A DNA stretch of 32,000 nucleotides from Candidatus Baldrarchaeum yapensis (GTDB lineage: Archaea; Asgardarchaeota; Baldrarchaeia; Baldrarchaeales; Baldrarchaeaceae): NCBI GenBank assembly GCA_016840465.1, contig JAEOSH010000008.1, positions 24,981 to 56,980 on the forward strand, written 5' to 3'. Shown here piece after piece: positions 1-8,765 of this stretch. Under the pieces are notes generated by a model, which was given only the letters and a program-made list of their open reading frames with translations, did not search any database and was not told the origin of the DNA. Positions within the stretch are counted from its first letter, which is position 1; every line of letters begins with the position of its first letter. Both the position numbers and the translations under genes were made by a program.

Positions 1-1
1 C

Positions 2-58
2 GCCGACATTGTAATAAGGTGTGAAGACATGAGAAGCCTATTGAATTACATCTCCTAG
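2..58 (+). CDS. 3' end of an upstream CDS (partial), possibly a HAD-family hydrolase C-terminus
   Basis: Open frame ADIVIRCEDMRSLLNYIS* ends in TAG at 56-58, abutting the next start. It resembles the 'AD.vi..dl..il' tail of HAD phosphatases, but only 18 aa are visible. Confidence 0.4.
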   Translation, partial: ADIVIRCEDMRSLLNYIS

Positions 59-916
59 GTGATGCTGGTGTCAGACAGCAACATAAGAAGGAGACAAGGG
101 ATTTTTGCACTAATTTCTGGAGTACTTATGATAGCCGTTGGAATAAGAGGGAGCGCGGCTGGATACGTTTCAACAATACTAAAAATTTCAAGCATACTTG
201 TAATTCCATTCTGGGCAATAAGGCCCATGTTAATGATGTTTTCTTTGCTTGCAATGCTCGGAGGGGTCTCTGTGATCATAGGCGGGCTGATACATCTTGA
301 GAAGGGGTCATCTGTGCTTGCTAATATTTTCATTGGCTGTGGAAGCGGAATTGGGGTATTTAATGTTGTCACATTCACGTTAGGTGCGACTCCCGCAATT
401 AAGGTGTATTTAGCAAAGAAGGTAATCACAGGTATCGTGATTTTTGGTATCGACTATGCATTAGCAATTCTAGCAATGATATTTGCACTATTTGCGATGA
501 TAAAGGACATTCTGGGATTCCTACTGGGGGCTCTCTCCGGAATCTTGGTATCGCTCTCCGCCTCGTTGACAGAACTCCTAATGGTACTTACATTTCTCGT
601 GAAAATAGGTATCGCGAAACCATCGTCTCTTGTAATACAGATGATAAACGTACTCTTCCTATCAGGGGTACTGTTTGTATTGGGAGGCATACTTTACGGT
701 TTTATGCATTATAAGTTGGGTGCAGGCGTCATTTTATTCGGATTAATATTTTTCTCCTTACCTATTGCTGTACTCATAACGTCCGTAGCCTTAGATGTCG
801 TAAGTATCATGAGAATAGTGTTTGGTCTTCTTGGCTTTATGATGGCTCTACTATCTCTCGTCTACGGCTTACAGAAGTCCCGTCCGACTCCGAAAAAACT
901 TAATCTTACCCCTTAA
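59..916 (+). CDS. Multi-pass membrane protein (about 8 TM) with apparent internal duplication
   Basis: 285 aa, almost entirely hydrophobic and Gly-rich helices. 'ALISGVLM...LGGVSVIIGG' is echoed by 'ALSGILV...SGVLFVLGG'. Confidence 0.8.
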   Translation: MMLVSDSNIRRRQGIFALISGVLMIAVGIRGSAAGYVSTILKISSILVIPFWAIRPMLMMFSLLAMLGGVSVIIGGLIHLEKGSSVLANIFIGCGSGIGVFNVVTFTLGATPAIKVYLAKKVITGIVIFGIDYALAILAMIFALFAMIKDILGFLLGALSGILVSLSASLTELLMVLTFLVKIGIAKPSSLVIQMINVLFLSGVLFVLGGILYGFMHYKLGAGVILFGLIFFSLPIAVLITSVALDVVSIMRIVFGLLGFMMALLSLVYGLQKSRPTPKKLNLTP

Positions 917-1000
917 TTTTCGGTATCATAACACTTGTAAGTCACCAATTCTAAAACTCGTAGAGTATCATTGCAAGAATACTCCTAAGGGGGTTGTGTT

Positions 1001-1816
1001 TTGAGCAGAAAAATCCCAACACCGGAGGAAGTTGCTAGGATAATCGACCACACGATTTTAAAGCCTTATGCGACTGCGAGAGACATAGATAGATACTGTG
1101 AGGAGGCAATAAAGTACGGATTTAACGCGGTTTTTGTTCATCCATGCTGGGTTAAATATTGTGTTGAGAGACTTAAGGGGACTGAAGTGAAGGTCGGGTC
1201 AGTAGTTGGCTTCCCACAGGGCGCAGAACTCCCCGAAGTTAAGGCATACTCTGCCGAGAAACTCGTATCGTTGGGAGTCCAAGAAATAGACATGGTCATG
1301 AACATAAGTGCGTTCAGAAATGGAGACTATGACCTGGTCAAAAAGGACATCGAGGGAGTGGTACGTGCAGCAGGAGACGTTCCCGTCAAAGTGATAATCG
1401 AGGTGGGATATCTTACCGATGAGGACATCATATATGCGTGCAAAATTGCCATGGAGGCTGGTGCGAGTTTTGTCAAGACAGCAACAGGGCTAGGACCTCT
1501 GGGAGCCTTTCCTCATCATGTGAGGATAATGAGGGAGACGGTCGGCAACAAGATGGGTGTAAAGGCGGCGGGTGGAATAAGGGACTTCAAAACTGCGGTA
1601 AGACTAATAATGGCCGGGGCGGATAGAATCGGCACAAGCACTGGTGTAGCAGTAATAGAAACAGCAAAGGACGCGAAATTCGATGAAGAAGAAGATCCAT
1701 GTTTGACATGCCCAAGTTACTATGCATCTAAAGACAAGATGCCGGAAGACGTCTATGAATATTACAAGTCGAAGTGCCTGAAATGCCCGCACGCTAAATA
1801 TGGAGGCAAGCACTAA
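1001..1816 (+). CDS. deoC: Deoxyribose-phosphate aldolase with a C-terminal Cys4 extension
   Basis: Motifs IDHTIL, VVGFPQG, EIDMV, VKVIIE, FVKTATG (Schiff-base Lys), VKAAGGIR, RIGTS. TTG start follows a G-rich RBS. Tail is CLTC-x21-CLKC. Confidence 0.93.
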   Translation: MSRKIPTPEEVARIIDHTILKPYATARDIDRYCEEAIKYGFNAVFVHPCWVKYCVERLKGTEVKVGSVVGFPQGAELPEVKAYSAEKLVSLGVQEIDMVMNISAFRNGDYDLVKKDIEGVVRAAGDVPVKVIIEVGYLTDEDIIYACKIAMEAGASFVKTATGLGPLGAFPHHVRIMRETVGNKMGVKAAGGIRDFKTAVRLIMAGADRIGTSTGVAVIETAKDAKFDEEEDPCLTCPSYYASKDKMPEDVYEYYKSKCLKCPHAKYGGKH

Positions 1817-4419
1817 ACATACGCCTCTTCGGCCGGTATTTCCTTTTCGTCTATTTTGCTTTTTACACCTCTTATTATTTTCTCGAGAACCTCGATGGCG
1901 CCATTCTTGAATAGCGGTTGATTATTATTACCACACTGATAAGAGTACGTGCAGTTAGGGCACCCGCTTATCGATTTACATTTACATTCCTTGAGAATCA
2001 TGAGAGACCTTCTAAATCCCTCTTCTAGTCTATCATATAGGAGTTTAGAGAGACCATTACCTCCAGGGCACGCGTCATGGACGAAGATAATTCCTGTGGT
2101 TCCAAGAGAGATGCCTCCGATTTCTCTACTTCCTCCACCTGTCAACATATTACTGCTTTCTATGAGAACGTGTTCAACAGCATGAAACGTACCTGCTATC
2201 AGATCCAGTTGTGATACCTCCGACGCTCCAAACCTTTCCACGGCATCTTCTATGGACTTCTCCGGGAACGGTGCCTGAAAGACAAAGCCCTTTGTCTCAT
2301 ATGTGTATTTAATTTCCTTATCCAGATCCTTTTGATCAACAGTCTCGCCCGTGAATATGTTTTTTACAACATAACCGTGGACCACATCAGTGACTCTTAA
2401 CTTACAGTAAATAACCGCAACTCCGAAAACGCTTTTTCTGTCATAAATGTCAAGAACCTCCGGTATTGAGTAATGTAATGCCTCCGTTTTCAAATTATTG
2501 AATTCAGGGAGCTTTCTGACGATAGCCCTCCCAACTCCTCCCCTGAATTCGAAAGAGATCGACTCGTACTGGTGTCCCCCGTGAAGATATATGGCACCGG
2601 GATGCAACTCTCGCGCGGCCATCGGCATTTCTCGTTCTCCCAGATATCTGCCACTCTCATCATATATCACAACAATATCACCCGTTCCCCTGATGTTATA
2701 CTCGGCCAATATCTTTTTCGCGATCCTCCAGTTTGGTACTAAGGTTCCATTTCTGGTCCTCACAAGTACTCCATCGTCTAACAACTTCATCTTCACATTC
2801 TCAAAGTTCGCAAACTCATCCTCACGCAGGGGCATATCCATTGCTGCTGCAAGTATTTGATAGTAGGCAACGACCTCGTTGTGCGGTTCCACGTATATCG
2901 GAGCTATATCGGTAAAGTAATCATCCGGATGTTGGCGATAGTAGGTACTTATCGGATCTCTATCTCTGAGTGCAAGAATGGCTATACTCTCTTGTCCTCT
3001 TCTTCCTGCTCGTCCGATTCTCTGTGTTAGTTTTGTAATGTCTGTGATCATGGATATCGTTGCGTCGACGAATCCTATATCTATTCCTAACTCGAGAGTC
3101 GGCGTCGCCACAAGTACATCGAGATCTCCTCTCTTGAATCCCCGTTCAACAGCCTCTCTAACTTCTTTTCTTAAACCCGCCCTGTGAACAGCGCTTTTTA
3201 TTCCCGCTCTCTTTGCCATAATGTTTATGACTTCTGCGTCCTTGTGCGTATTACCAAACACTAGAGTCTTCCTTTTTTCATCAACGAGAGCCCTTAATGC
3301 TCCGATTATCATCGCATAAACGGACCTATATGCAGGGTATAGCATCAAGAAGTGCATTCTTCCTCTTCGCGCTTTTTTACATACTATTTCACGCACGGGT
3401 ACTCCGAAAAGCGTCTCAGCAAATTCCTTTGCATTACTTATGGTTGCGGACGCGCCAATAAATTGAAGCCTTCCTCCACATAGTCTCTTTAGTCTCTGAA
3501 GAATAAAGTGAACGTTCGCGCCAAAAGCACCCGTATATACATGAAAATCATCTAACACAACAGTCTCGACCCTAGAAATGAGATGACGGAAGGACGGATC
3601 CTTTTTACGCATATGGTAATGAAGCATGTCAGGATTCGTAACTAAAATATCGGGAGGGGAGGAAAAAATTCTCCTCCTAACCTCAGGTGGGGTATCTCCA
3701 TCAAAAGCCTCAGCTCGAATGCCCACAGCCCCACATAATTCATGCAATCTATCCAATTGATCACGGGCGAGAGCCTTTGTCGGGTATATGAATATTGCTC
3801 TGACATGACGGCTAGGTGCCCTCTCCGGCGCCAATACACCCCATCTTGGAACATTTTTCGAAATTCTATCGATTATTGGAATAGCAAAAGCCTCAAACTT
3901 CCCCATGCCGGTCGGAGCAACTATCACAACGTTCTCTCCTTCTATTATCGCTTTTATCGCTTCCTCTTGATATTTATACAGTCTTTTAATACCTCTCTTC
4001 TTTAGCACATTCTTTAATTCGTCCGAGATGTTAAGATCATCGACGCTGCATCCAAATTCCGGCTCCTCCTCTCTAAATAATTTGTATCTAACCAGGTAAT
4101 CGCGTCCTTCTTTAATGATTTTTCTTACTGAAAGCGGGAGATCATCAAATGAAATTCCCTCTCTTTCTATCTCTTTCATTATGTCATCCAAGCTTCTCAC
4201 TAGTGAGCTATCCATCTTAGGCCTAATCTCCCCCCTCTCATAAGCCTCGATGAACGAGAAGTAAGCGTCTAACTCATCTTTAGTTCTAGGCGGGCAAACA
4301 TACCTTATTCTACATTCGTAACATCTAACTACGAAATGCGGCCCCTCACGTCTGACACGGAGTTTATCGCCACAGAAGGGGCAATGCACTCCATACACGG
4401 GATTCACCATGGCATTCAA
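1813..4419 (-). CDS. SF2 DEAD/DEAH helicase with DUF1998 (Hrq1/MrfA/SftH-like), N-terminal Zn ribbon and non-canonical Walker motifs
   Basis: Q motif LYKYQEEAI, APTGMGKF, YPTKALARDQ, TNPDML, VLDDFH, SAT, ATPTLELGIDIG, QRIGRAGR. C-terminal HAVEH..PGGNG..CKC..GCPNC. N-terminal CPFC..CYEC. Alternative ATG at 4410. Confidence 0.9.
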   Translation of the reverse strand: MNAMVNPVYGVHCPFCGDKLRVRREGPHFVVRCYECRIRYVCPPRTKDELDAYFSFIEAYERGEIRPKMDSSLVRSLDDIMKEIEREGISFDDLPLSVRKIIKEGRDYLVRYKLFREEEPEFGCSVDDLNISDELKNVLKKRGIKRLYKYQEEAIKAIIEGENVVIVAPTGMGKFEAFAIPIIDRISKNVPRWGVLAPERAPSRHVRAIFIYPTKALARDQLDRLHELCGAVGIRAEAFDGDTPPEVRRRIFSSPPDILVTNPDMLHYHMRKKDPSFRHLISRVETVVLDDFHVYTGAFGANVHFILQRLKRLCGGRLQFIGASATISNAKEFAETLFGVPVREIVCKKARRGRMHFLMLYPAYRSVYAMIIGALRALVDEKRKTLVFGNTHKDAEVINIMAKRAGIKSAVHRAGLRKEVREAVERGFKRGDLDVLVATPTLELGIDIGFVDATISMITDITKLTQRIGRAGRRGQESIAILALRDRDPISTYYRQHPDDYFTDIAPIYVEPHNEVVAYYQILAAAMDMPLREDEFANFENVKMKLLDDGVLVRTRNGTLVPNWRIAKKILAEYNIRGTGDIVVIYDESGRYLGEREMPMAARELHPGAIYLHGGHQYESISFEFRGGVGRAIVRKLPEFNNLKTEALHYSIPEVLDIYDRKSVFGVAVIYCKLRVTDVVHGYVVKNIFTGETVDQKDLDKEIKYTYETKGFVFQAPFPEKSIEDAVERFGASEVSQLDLIAGTFHAVEHVLIESSNMLTGGGSREIGGISLGTTGIIFVHDACPGGNGLSKLLYDRLEEGFRRSLMILKECKCKSISGCPNCTYSYQCGNNNQPLFKNGAIEVLEKIIRGVKSKIDEKEIPAEEAYV

Positions 4420-4492
4420 TTATCAATACTCTTAGGAACATCGTGCTTAAAAAAGAACTTTAATGGTATCACTGGATGAGGACACATAACTC

Positions 4493-5050
4493 CTACAACA
4501 TAGAACTCGGATTATGCTCTTCATGCTCATTAAATCTGTTAACCTTGTAAATTAACCTAAATGAGGAATATTGGAGAACGTTTTTTGGCTTAAAAACTTT
4601 GCAAACCTCATCCGGCTCGCAAAACCCCATTTTTCTCATATTATCGCATGTAAGTTTGTATGCCCCCATAACATCGTCTATGAGACATGCAGCAATGAGA
4701 TACGAGGCGACAACGGTAATTTTATTTTTGCGGAATGCAGCCCTTACACACGGTGGAGCACGTTCGAGATGCGCTCTTAAAGCGAGATTGCGGAGTTTGT
4801 CCATTAACAAACATTTTCCACGCTTTAACTTCCATATGCAATTCTTACAGATATTTTCTGGTAGAAGCTTGCATAGCTCACGTAATGCGGCGGTACTGAA
4901 ACCATCACCTCTTAACAAGTGATAATTTAGTTCCATAAAGTATATAGGATCAAAATGTCCCAGCTCATGCACTAAACTCTGAGCCTCTCGTACTATTGTA
5001 CTAATATCACATGCCCAGTACTTCATATATTGCTCATCGCCCGAGGACAT
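4493..5050 (-). CDS. Cys-rich protein resembling the primase large subunit (PriL) Fe-S C-terminal domain
   Basis: PPC-x33-C-x8-C-x5-C followed by KNVLQY, plus an upstream C-x7-C-x2-C-x8-C. Start moved to the ATG at 5050 to avoid a head-to-head overlap with the divergent gene. Confidence 0.65.
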   Translation of the reverse strand: MSSGDEQYMKYWACDISTIVREAQSLVHELGHFDPIYFMELNYHLLRGDGFSTAALRELCKLLPENICKNCIWKLKRGKCLLMDKLRNLALRAHLERAPPCVRAAFRKNKITVVASYLIAACLIDDVMGAYKLTCDNMRKMGFCEPDEVCKVFKPKNVLQYSSFRLIYKVNRFNEHEEHNPSSML

Positions 5051-5126
5051 GATGTCTCTTTCCCCACTAATTGGTTTCTCCCCTAAACATTTAAGGTCAG
5101 AGGTCATAGTGTACCGGGGGATATTC

Positions 5127-5897
5127 TTGGAATTCGGAATAAGTACGTGTTTCATGGGGAATATCTCGGAGAGTCTTCTCCACTACATTAAGGAACTAGG
5201 TATATCACACGTAGAGATTTGTTTCGTCAGGAGAACGGATGTATCGCGATCTGCCGCAATTAAAATCGCAAAAATGGCATATAAAATGGATTTTGGCGTC
5301 ACAATTCACGCGCCATTTATGTACGAGTTCATGGGTACACCGTCATTATACGTACATAGGGGCTCCAAACAGGATGTTAAGGTTCTCATGCGGTCATTAG
5401 AAATTGCCGCAATAGCGGGCGCGGAACTCTTAGTGGTTCATGATGAACCGTTTAGGCCTTATAGTCTGGAGTCAAGGATTTTCTTCTCAGCAATTTCAGA
5501 ACTGGCGCTCGAAGGAGAGAAAGAGGGTATAGTTGTGACGGTCGAAAATTGCTGGCAAAGGGTGGGATACCTAGTTAAAGAAATAGAATCTTGCGGAATT
5601 AAGAGTCTCGGATTATGTTTGGACTTGGGCCATGCAAACATTCACATGAACCCCGCTGAGGCCATAAGGGTGGCATCTCCCGTTTTATGCCATGTCCATA
5701 TCCACGATAACCGTGGAAAATCGGATGAGCACTTGCCTCCAAGAAGGGGAACAATAGATTGGTATGCGGTGATGTCCGAACTTTTAAAAATAGGATATAG
5801 CGGGATTTGCATCCTAGAAGTTAATGAACCCAATCACGTGTTGACTCTGAAAGGAATTCTCGAGGAAGTATCAGAAAATTGTAGTCTGACGCTTTAG
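5127..5897 (+). CDS. Sugar-phosphate isomerase/epimerase / AP endonuclease 2 TIM-barrel family protein
   Basis: FGIST first strand, then IHAP, VVHD, VEN, CLDLGHA, HIHDN, DEHLP, G.IDW, ILEV. TTG at 5127 follows GGGGG; GTG at 5109 is an alternative. Confidence 0.85.
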   Translation: MEFGISTCFMGNISESLLHYIKELGISHVEICFVRRTDVSRSAAIKIAKMAYKMDFGVTIHAPFMYEFMGTPSLYVHRGSKQDVKVLMRSLEIAAIAGAELLVVHDEPFRPYSLESRIFFSAISELALEGEKEGIVVTVENCWQRVGYLVKEIESCGIKSLGLCLDLGHANIHMNPAEAIRVASPVLCHVHIHDNRGKSDEHLPPRRGTIDWYAVMSELLKIGYSGICILEVNEPNHVLTLKGILEEVSENCSLTL

Positions 5898-6575
5898 TAG
5901 CTGAACGGCAAGTCTGGCGTTGTCCGTCGCTATTCCGTCAACGCCCATTCTTGCAAATTTGAGCATATTACGCTCATCATTGATCGTCCAAACAAGAACC
6001 TCCAAGCCGCACCTATGTGCAGATCTTATCACTTCTGATGTTGTAATCGTGTATTTGGAAACGACATATTTTGCACGAACCTCTTTACAAACCTCCACCA
6101 TATTACCTCGAAACCTCGCACCGAAAATTACTCCCGTTGTGATAGCGGGACATAATTCATGCACTCGCTGAATGCTATCCTTAATGAAGGATACTATAAT
6201 GACATCGCCAAGCATGCCGCAATTCTCAATGATATCTAATACTTTATCCTCTATTCCCGTCTCCTTTATCTCTACTATAAGTTTTCCTCGCATCGAGCGA
6301 ACAAGTTCAAGAACTTCACTAAGTAGAGGTATCCTTTCTCCTTTCCCAAAATCAAGTCTTCTCAAATCGTTCAGAGTCATGTCCCTAACGTATCCACTAC
6401 CACTAGAAGTTCTATCCACGGTCTCGTCATGTATTACAACTATGTAACCATCTTTAGAAGACCTAACATCCACCTCCACATAATCTGCACCAACCTCTAG
6501 AGCTCTCTTTACACTTCTCAGAGTATTCTCTGGTTCCTCTGCTGGTATTCCTCGGTGCCCTACTATAAATACCAC
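5871..6575 (-). CDS. Glycerophosphodiester phosphodiesterase (GDPD family)
   Basis: GHRG..EPENT, VEVDVR.SKDG.IVVIHD.TVDRT, VEIK, VWTIND, GIATD. The 3' end overlaps the convergent gene by 27 nt. Confidence 0.93.
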   Translation of the reverse strand: MVFIVGHRGIPAEEPENTLRSVKRALEVGADYVEVDVRSSKDGYIVVIHDETVDRTSSGSGYVRDMTLNDLRRLDFGKGERIPLLSEVLELVRSMRGKLIVEIKETGIEDKVLDIIENCGMLGDVIIVSFIKDSIQRVHELCPAITTGVIFGARFRGNMVEVCKEVRAKYVVSKYTITTSEVIRSAHRCGLEVLVWTINDERNMLKFARMGVDGIATDNARLAVQLLKRQTTIF

Positions 6576-6662
6576 TTTTATCGCCTACCGATATTCTAAA
6601 AATGATGATCACGGCTTAGAAAATTTTCTGCAGAGAATAAAATTAAAAAACGAAGTGAAAAA

Positions 6663-7859
6663 TCAGGACTCTCTTTCTATAAGGATGGCCTCTCCCTGCC
6701 CGCCTCCAACACAAAGAGTAGCAACTCCCCATCTTCCATCTTCCCAATGGAGAATACGGGCAAGCGTTCCAGTAATTCTAGCACCCGTCATTCCTAGTGG
6801 ATGTCCGATGGCTATTGCTCCTCCTTTGACATTAACCTTTTCTGGATCTATGTTTAATTCTCTAATGGCATAGAGAGTGACTACAGCAAATGCCTCATTG
6901 ATCTCCCAGAAGTCGATATCCTCAACCTTCATTCCGGCCTTCTGCAGGAGTTTCTTGCTTGCAGGTACCGGTCCCATTCCCATGACCTCAGGGTTAACTG
7001 CTGCCCATGCAACCTCTCTTATTACTGCTAATGGCTCCAACCCGTATTCTTTCGCCTTTTTCCTGCTCATTATGACAAGGGCCGCTGCACCCGCGTTTAA
7101 GGGCGAAGAGTTTCCAGCCGTTATGACCCCACCCGGCTTGAAGGCAGGCGGAAGACTTGCAATTTTTTCAAGGCTAGTATCTGGCCTGACGCTCTGGTCT
7201 CTATCTATTATTTTCTTCGTTCCATCAGGAAATGTCACCTCTATTGGAAGAATTTCGTCCTTAAAGTAGCCCTCTTGGTACGCTTTCACCGCATATTGAT
7301 GGCTTCTGAGAGACCACTTATCCATTTCTTCTTTAGGTATTTTCGATATTTCTGCCAACCTCTCGGCAGTCAGACCCATGTTTATTGCAATACGCCAGTC
7401 AAATCTCTTTTCTTTCTGAAAATACTTGATGTTTGGAGCAGCATTGTGTCCCATTGGAATATGTGTCATGTGTTCATACCCGCCAGCGATCACAACATCG
7501 GCATTCTCTGTCCATATCTCCATGGCCGCAATCCTTATTGCGGTCATTGCAGATGCACACTGCCTATCAACCGCAAGGGCTGGGGTCTCCAATGGGAGCA
7601 CTTCTGTCTGCCATACAATTGCCCTCCCGCCGTAACTCCACTGCTCTCCCGTCTGGTTGGAACATCCGAATATGCAGTCATCTACGTCTTTAGGATCGAT
7701 TCCAGTCCTTTTTATTAACTCTTTTACTACAATTGCCATCAACTCGTCCGCTCTAATCCAATTGAAGACATCTCTCTCAGGTTGCTTGGGTCTCGACCTC
7801 GAGATGGGAGACCTAAGATATCCAACGATCACCGCATCCCTATCGCCTAATTTTTTCAT
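6663..7859 (-). CDS. Thiolase (acetyl-CoA C-acyl/acetyltransferase)
   Basis: DRQCASAM (catalytic Cys), NEAFA, GHPLGMTGAR, CVGGGQG. GGAGG RBS upstream. Confidence 0.95.
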   Translation of the reverse strand: MKKLGDRDAVIVGYLRSPISRSRPKQPERDVFNWIRADELMAIVVKELIKRTGIDPKDVDDCIFGCSNQTGEQWSYGGRAIVWQTEVLPLETPALAVDRQCASAMTAIRIAAMEIWTENADVVIAGGYEHMTHIPMGHNAAPNIKYFQKEKRFDWRIAINMGLTAERLAEISKIPKEEMDKWSLRSHQYAVKAYQEGYFKDEILPIEVTFPDGTKKIIDRDQSVRPDTSLEKIASLPPAFKPGGVITAGNSSPLNAGAAALVIMSRKKAKEYGLEPLAVIREVAWAAVNPEVMGMGPVPASKKLLQKAGMKVEDIDFWEINEAFAVVTLYAIRELNIDPEKVNVKGGAIAIGHPLGMTGARITGTLARILHWEDGRWGVATLCVGGGQGEAILIERES

Positions 7860-7924
7860 ACAAGATTCCTCCTAGTAGAACTTATCTTTTCTTCCCGCGT
7901 AGTAGATTTATGTAATTCCGGGAG

Positions 7925-7941
7925 AGTTAATTAACTTTTCT
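7925..7941 (-). promoter_or_regulatory. Putative BRE-TATA promoter of the thiolase gene within a perfect 12-bp palindrome
   Basis: Minus strand reads AGAAAAG-TTAATTAA. AGTTAATTAACT (7925-7936) is self-complementary and lies about 66 nt upstream of the start codon. Confidence 0.45.
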
Positions 7942-7947
7942 GGATAC

Positions 7948-7961
7948 TAGTACTTCTGAAA
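7948..7961. repeat. Terminal inverted repeat (copy 1)
   Basis: TAGTACTTCTGAAA is the exact reverse complement of 8766-8779. Confidence 0.85.
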
Positions 7962-8208
7962 CTCTCTGAGAAATGGACATTTCTCGTCTATTTCCTCATC
8001 GAAACGGTCACCGACAGGCAACTGAAATACTGTACGACAGGCGTAATGACAAACAACTTTCACATAATTCCGGATATTAGCGGAGAACCGAGGCATCTCA
8101 TCACCCATCTACTTGGAAAAAGCAATACAGCGTATCGAAAAATACGTGTGACCCGCTGGGATACGTGTGAAATTAAGTAAACATACGAAAGAAAAATAAC
8201 CACGGGAA

Positions 8209-8745
8209 TTAGTAAACAAAAATCATCTGAATCAACGTTGCATGAGCACATCTATGCCCTCTCACTTTCATCATCCAGTTGTACGTCTCAACATTCTCAC
8301 CTCCGCCAGTACTATAAAGTCTCATCCCAATGATAAAAAACAACACCATAACCAGTATCTTCCACGCCGTAAACTATGAGATCATTATCCGCTCGTCCTC
8401 TCTCGTTGCCTGTCCTCACAACGTACAGGATCGCATACACCTGTCGCCCTTTTAGATCCAAGAACGGAATGCCCCTCTCACGATAACATCCACGACCTCC
8501 GCTAAGAAGAATCTATGATTCAGGCAAATCCCTCGACTTAGAGCCCTAGCCTCTCTATGTCGTGAAATCATCGCCTTGAGCACGTCGACATATCTGGCGA
8601 TGGCGTCCGTCACGACGTATCTGTATGCGCGGCATCTCTTGGTGGAGGAGTAATAGCCTCACTCGTTGTATATGCCAAAGTGGGGAATTTCTGTCGCGTC
8701 GAGGTCTCATATTAATAAGTGCTGGCGAGCAGCCGCTAAAATCCT
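8209..8745 (-). pseudogene. DDE transposase pseudogene
   Basis: LI*DLDATEIPHFG (first Asp near 8700), E*GYYSSTK..AYRYVVT, ICLNHRFFLAEVV (eroded DRGFY-type motif near 8520), RERGIPFL after a frameshift, and YWRRWNVETYNWMMK (Y..RW..E......K motif, 8311-8266, restored by removing one inserted A). Several stops and frameshifts. Confidence 0.72.
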
Positions 8746-8765
8746 TCACCTTCTTCGATAAAAAA

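Noticed and set aside
5051-5155. N-terminal extensions making ORFs 4493-5155(-) and 5049-5897(+) overlap head-to-head
   Set aside because: Better starts exist (ATG 5050; TTG 5127 or GTG 5109 with RBS), leaving a normal divergent promoter gap.
6602-6660. Perfect C box ATGATGA in the GDPD-thiolase gap
   Set aside because: No D or D' box and no recognisable guide downstream.
8142-8170. Direct repeat ATACGTGTGA x2
   Set aside because: Only two 10-nt copies, too few for CRISPR or iterons; at most a subterminal IS feature.
8520-8574. Second box C/D sRNA candidate on the minus strand (GCGATGA...CTGA, 44 nt apart)
   Set aside because: No credible D'/C' boxes, the guides would be locked in a hairpin, and it lies inside the transposase remnant.
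8060-8749. Small ORFs 8060-8251 and 8555-8749
   Set aside because: They are off-frame or partial readings of the decayed transposase.
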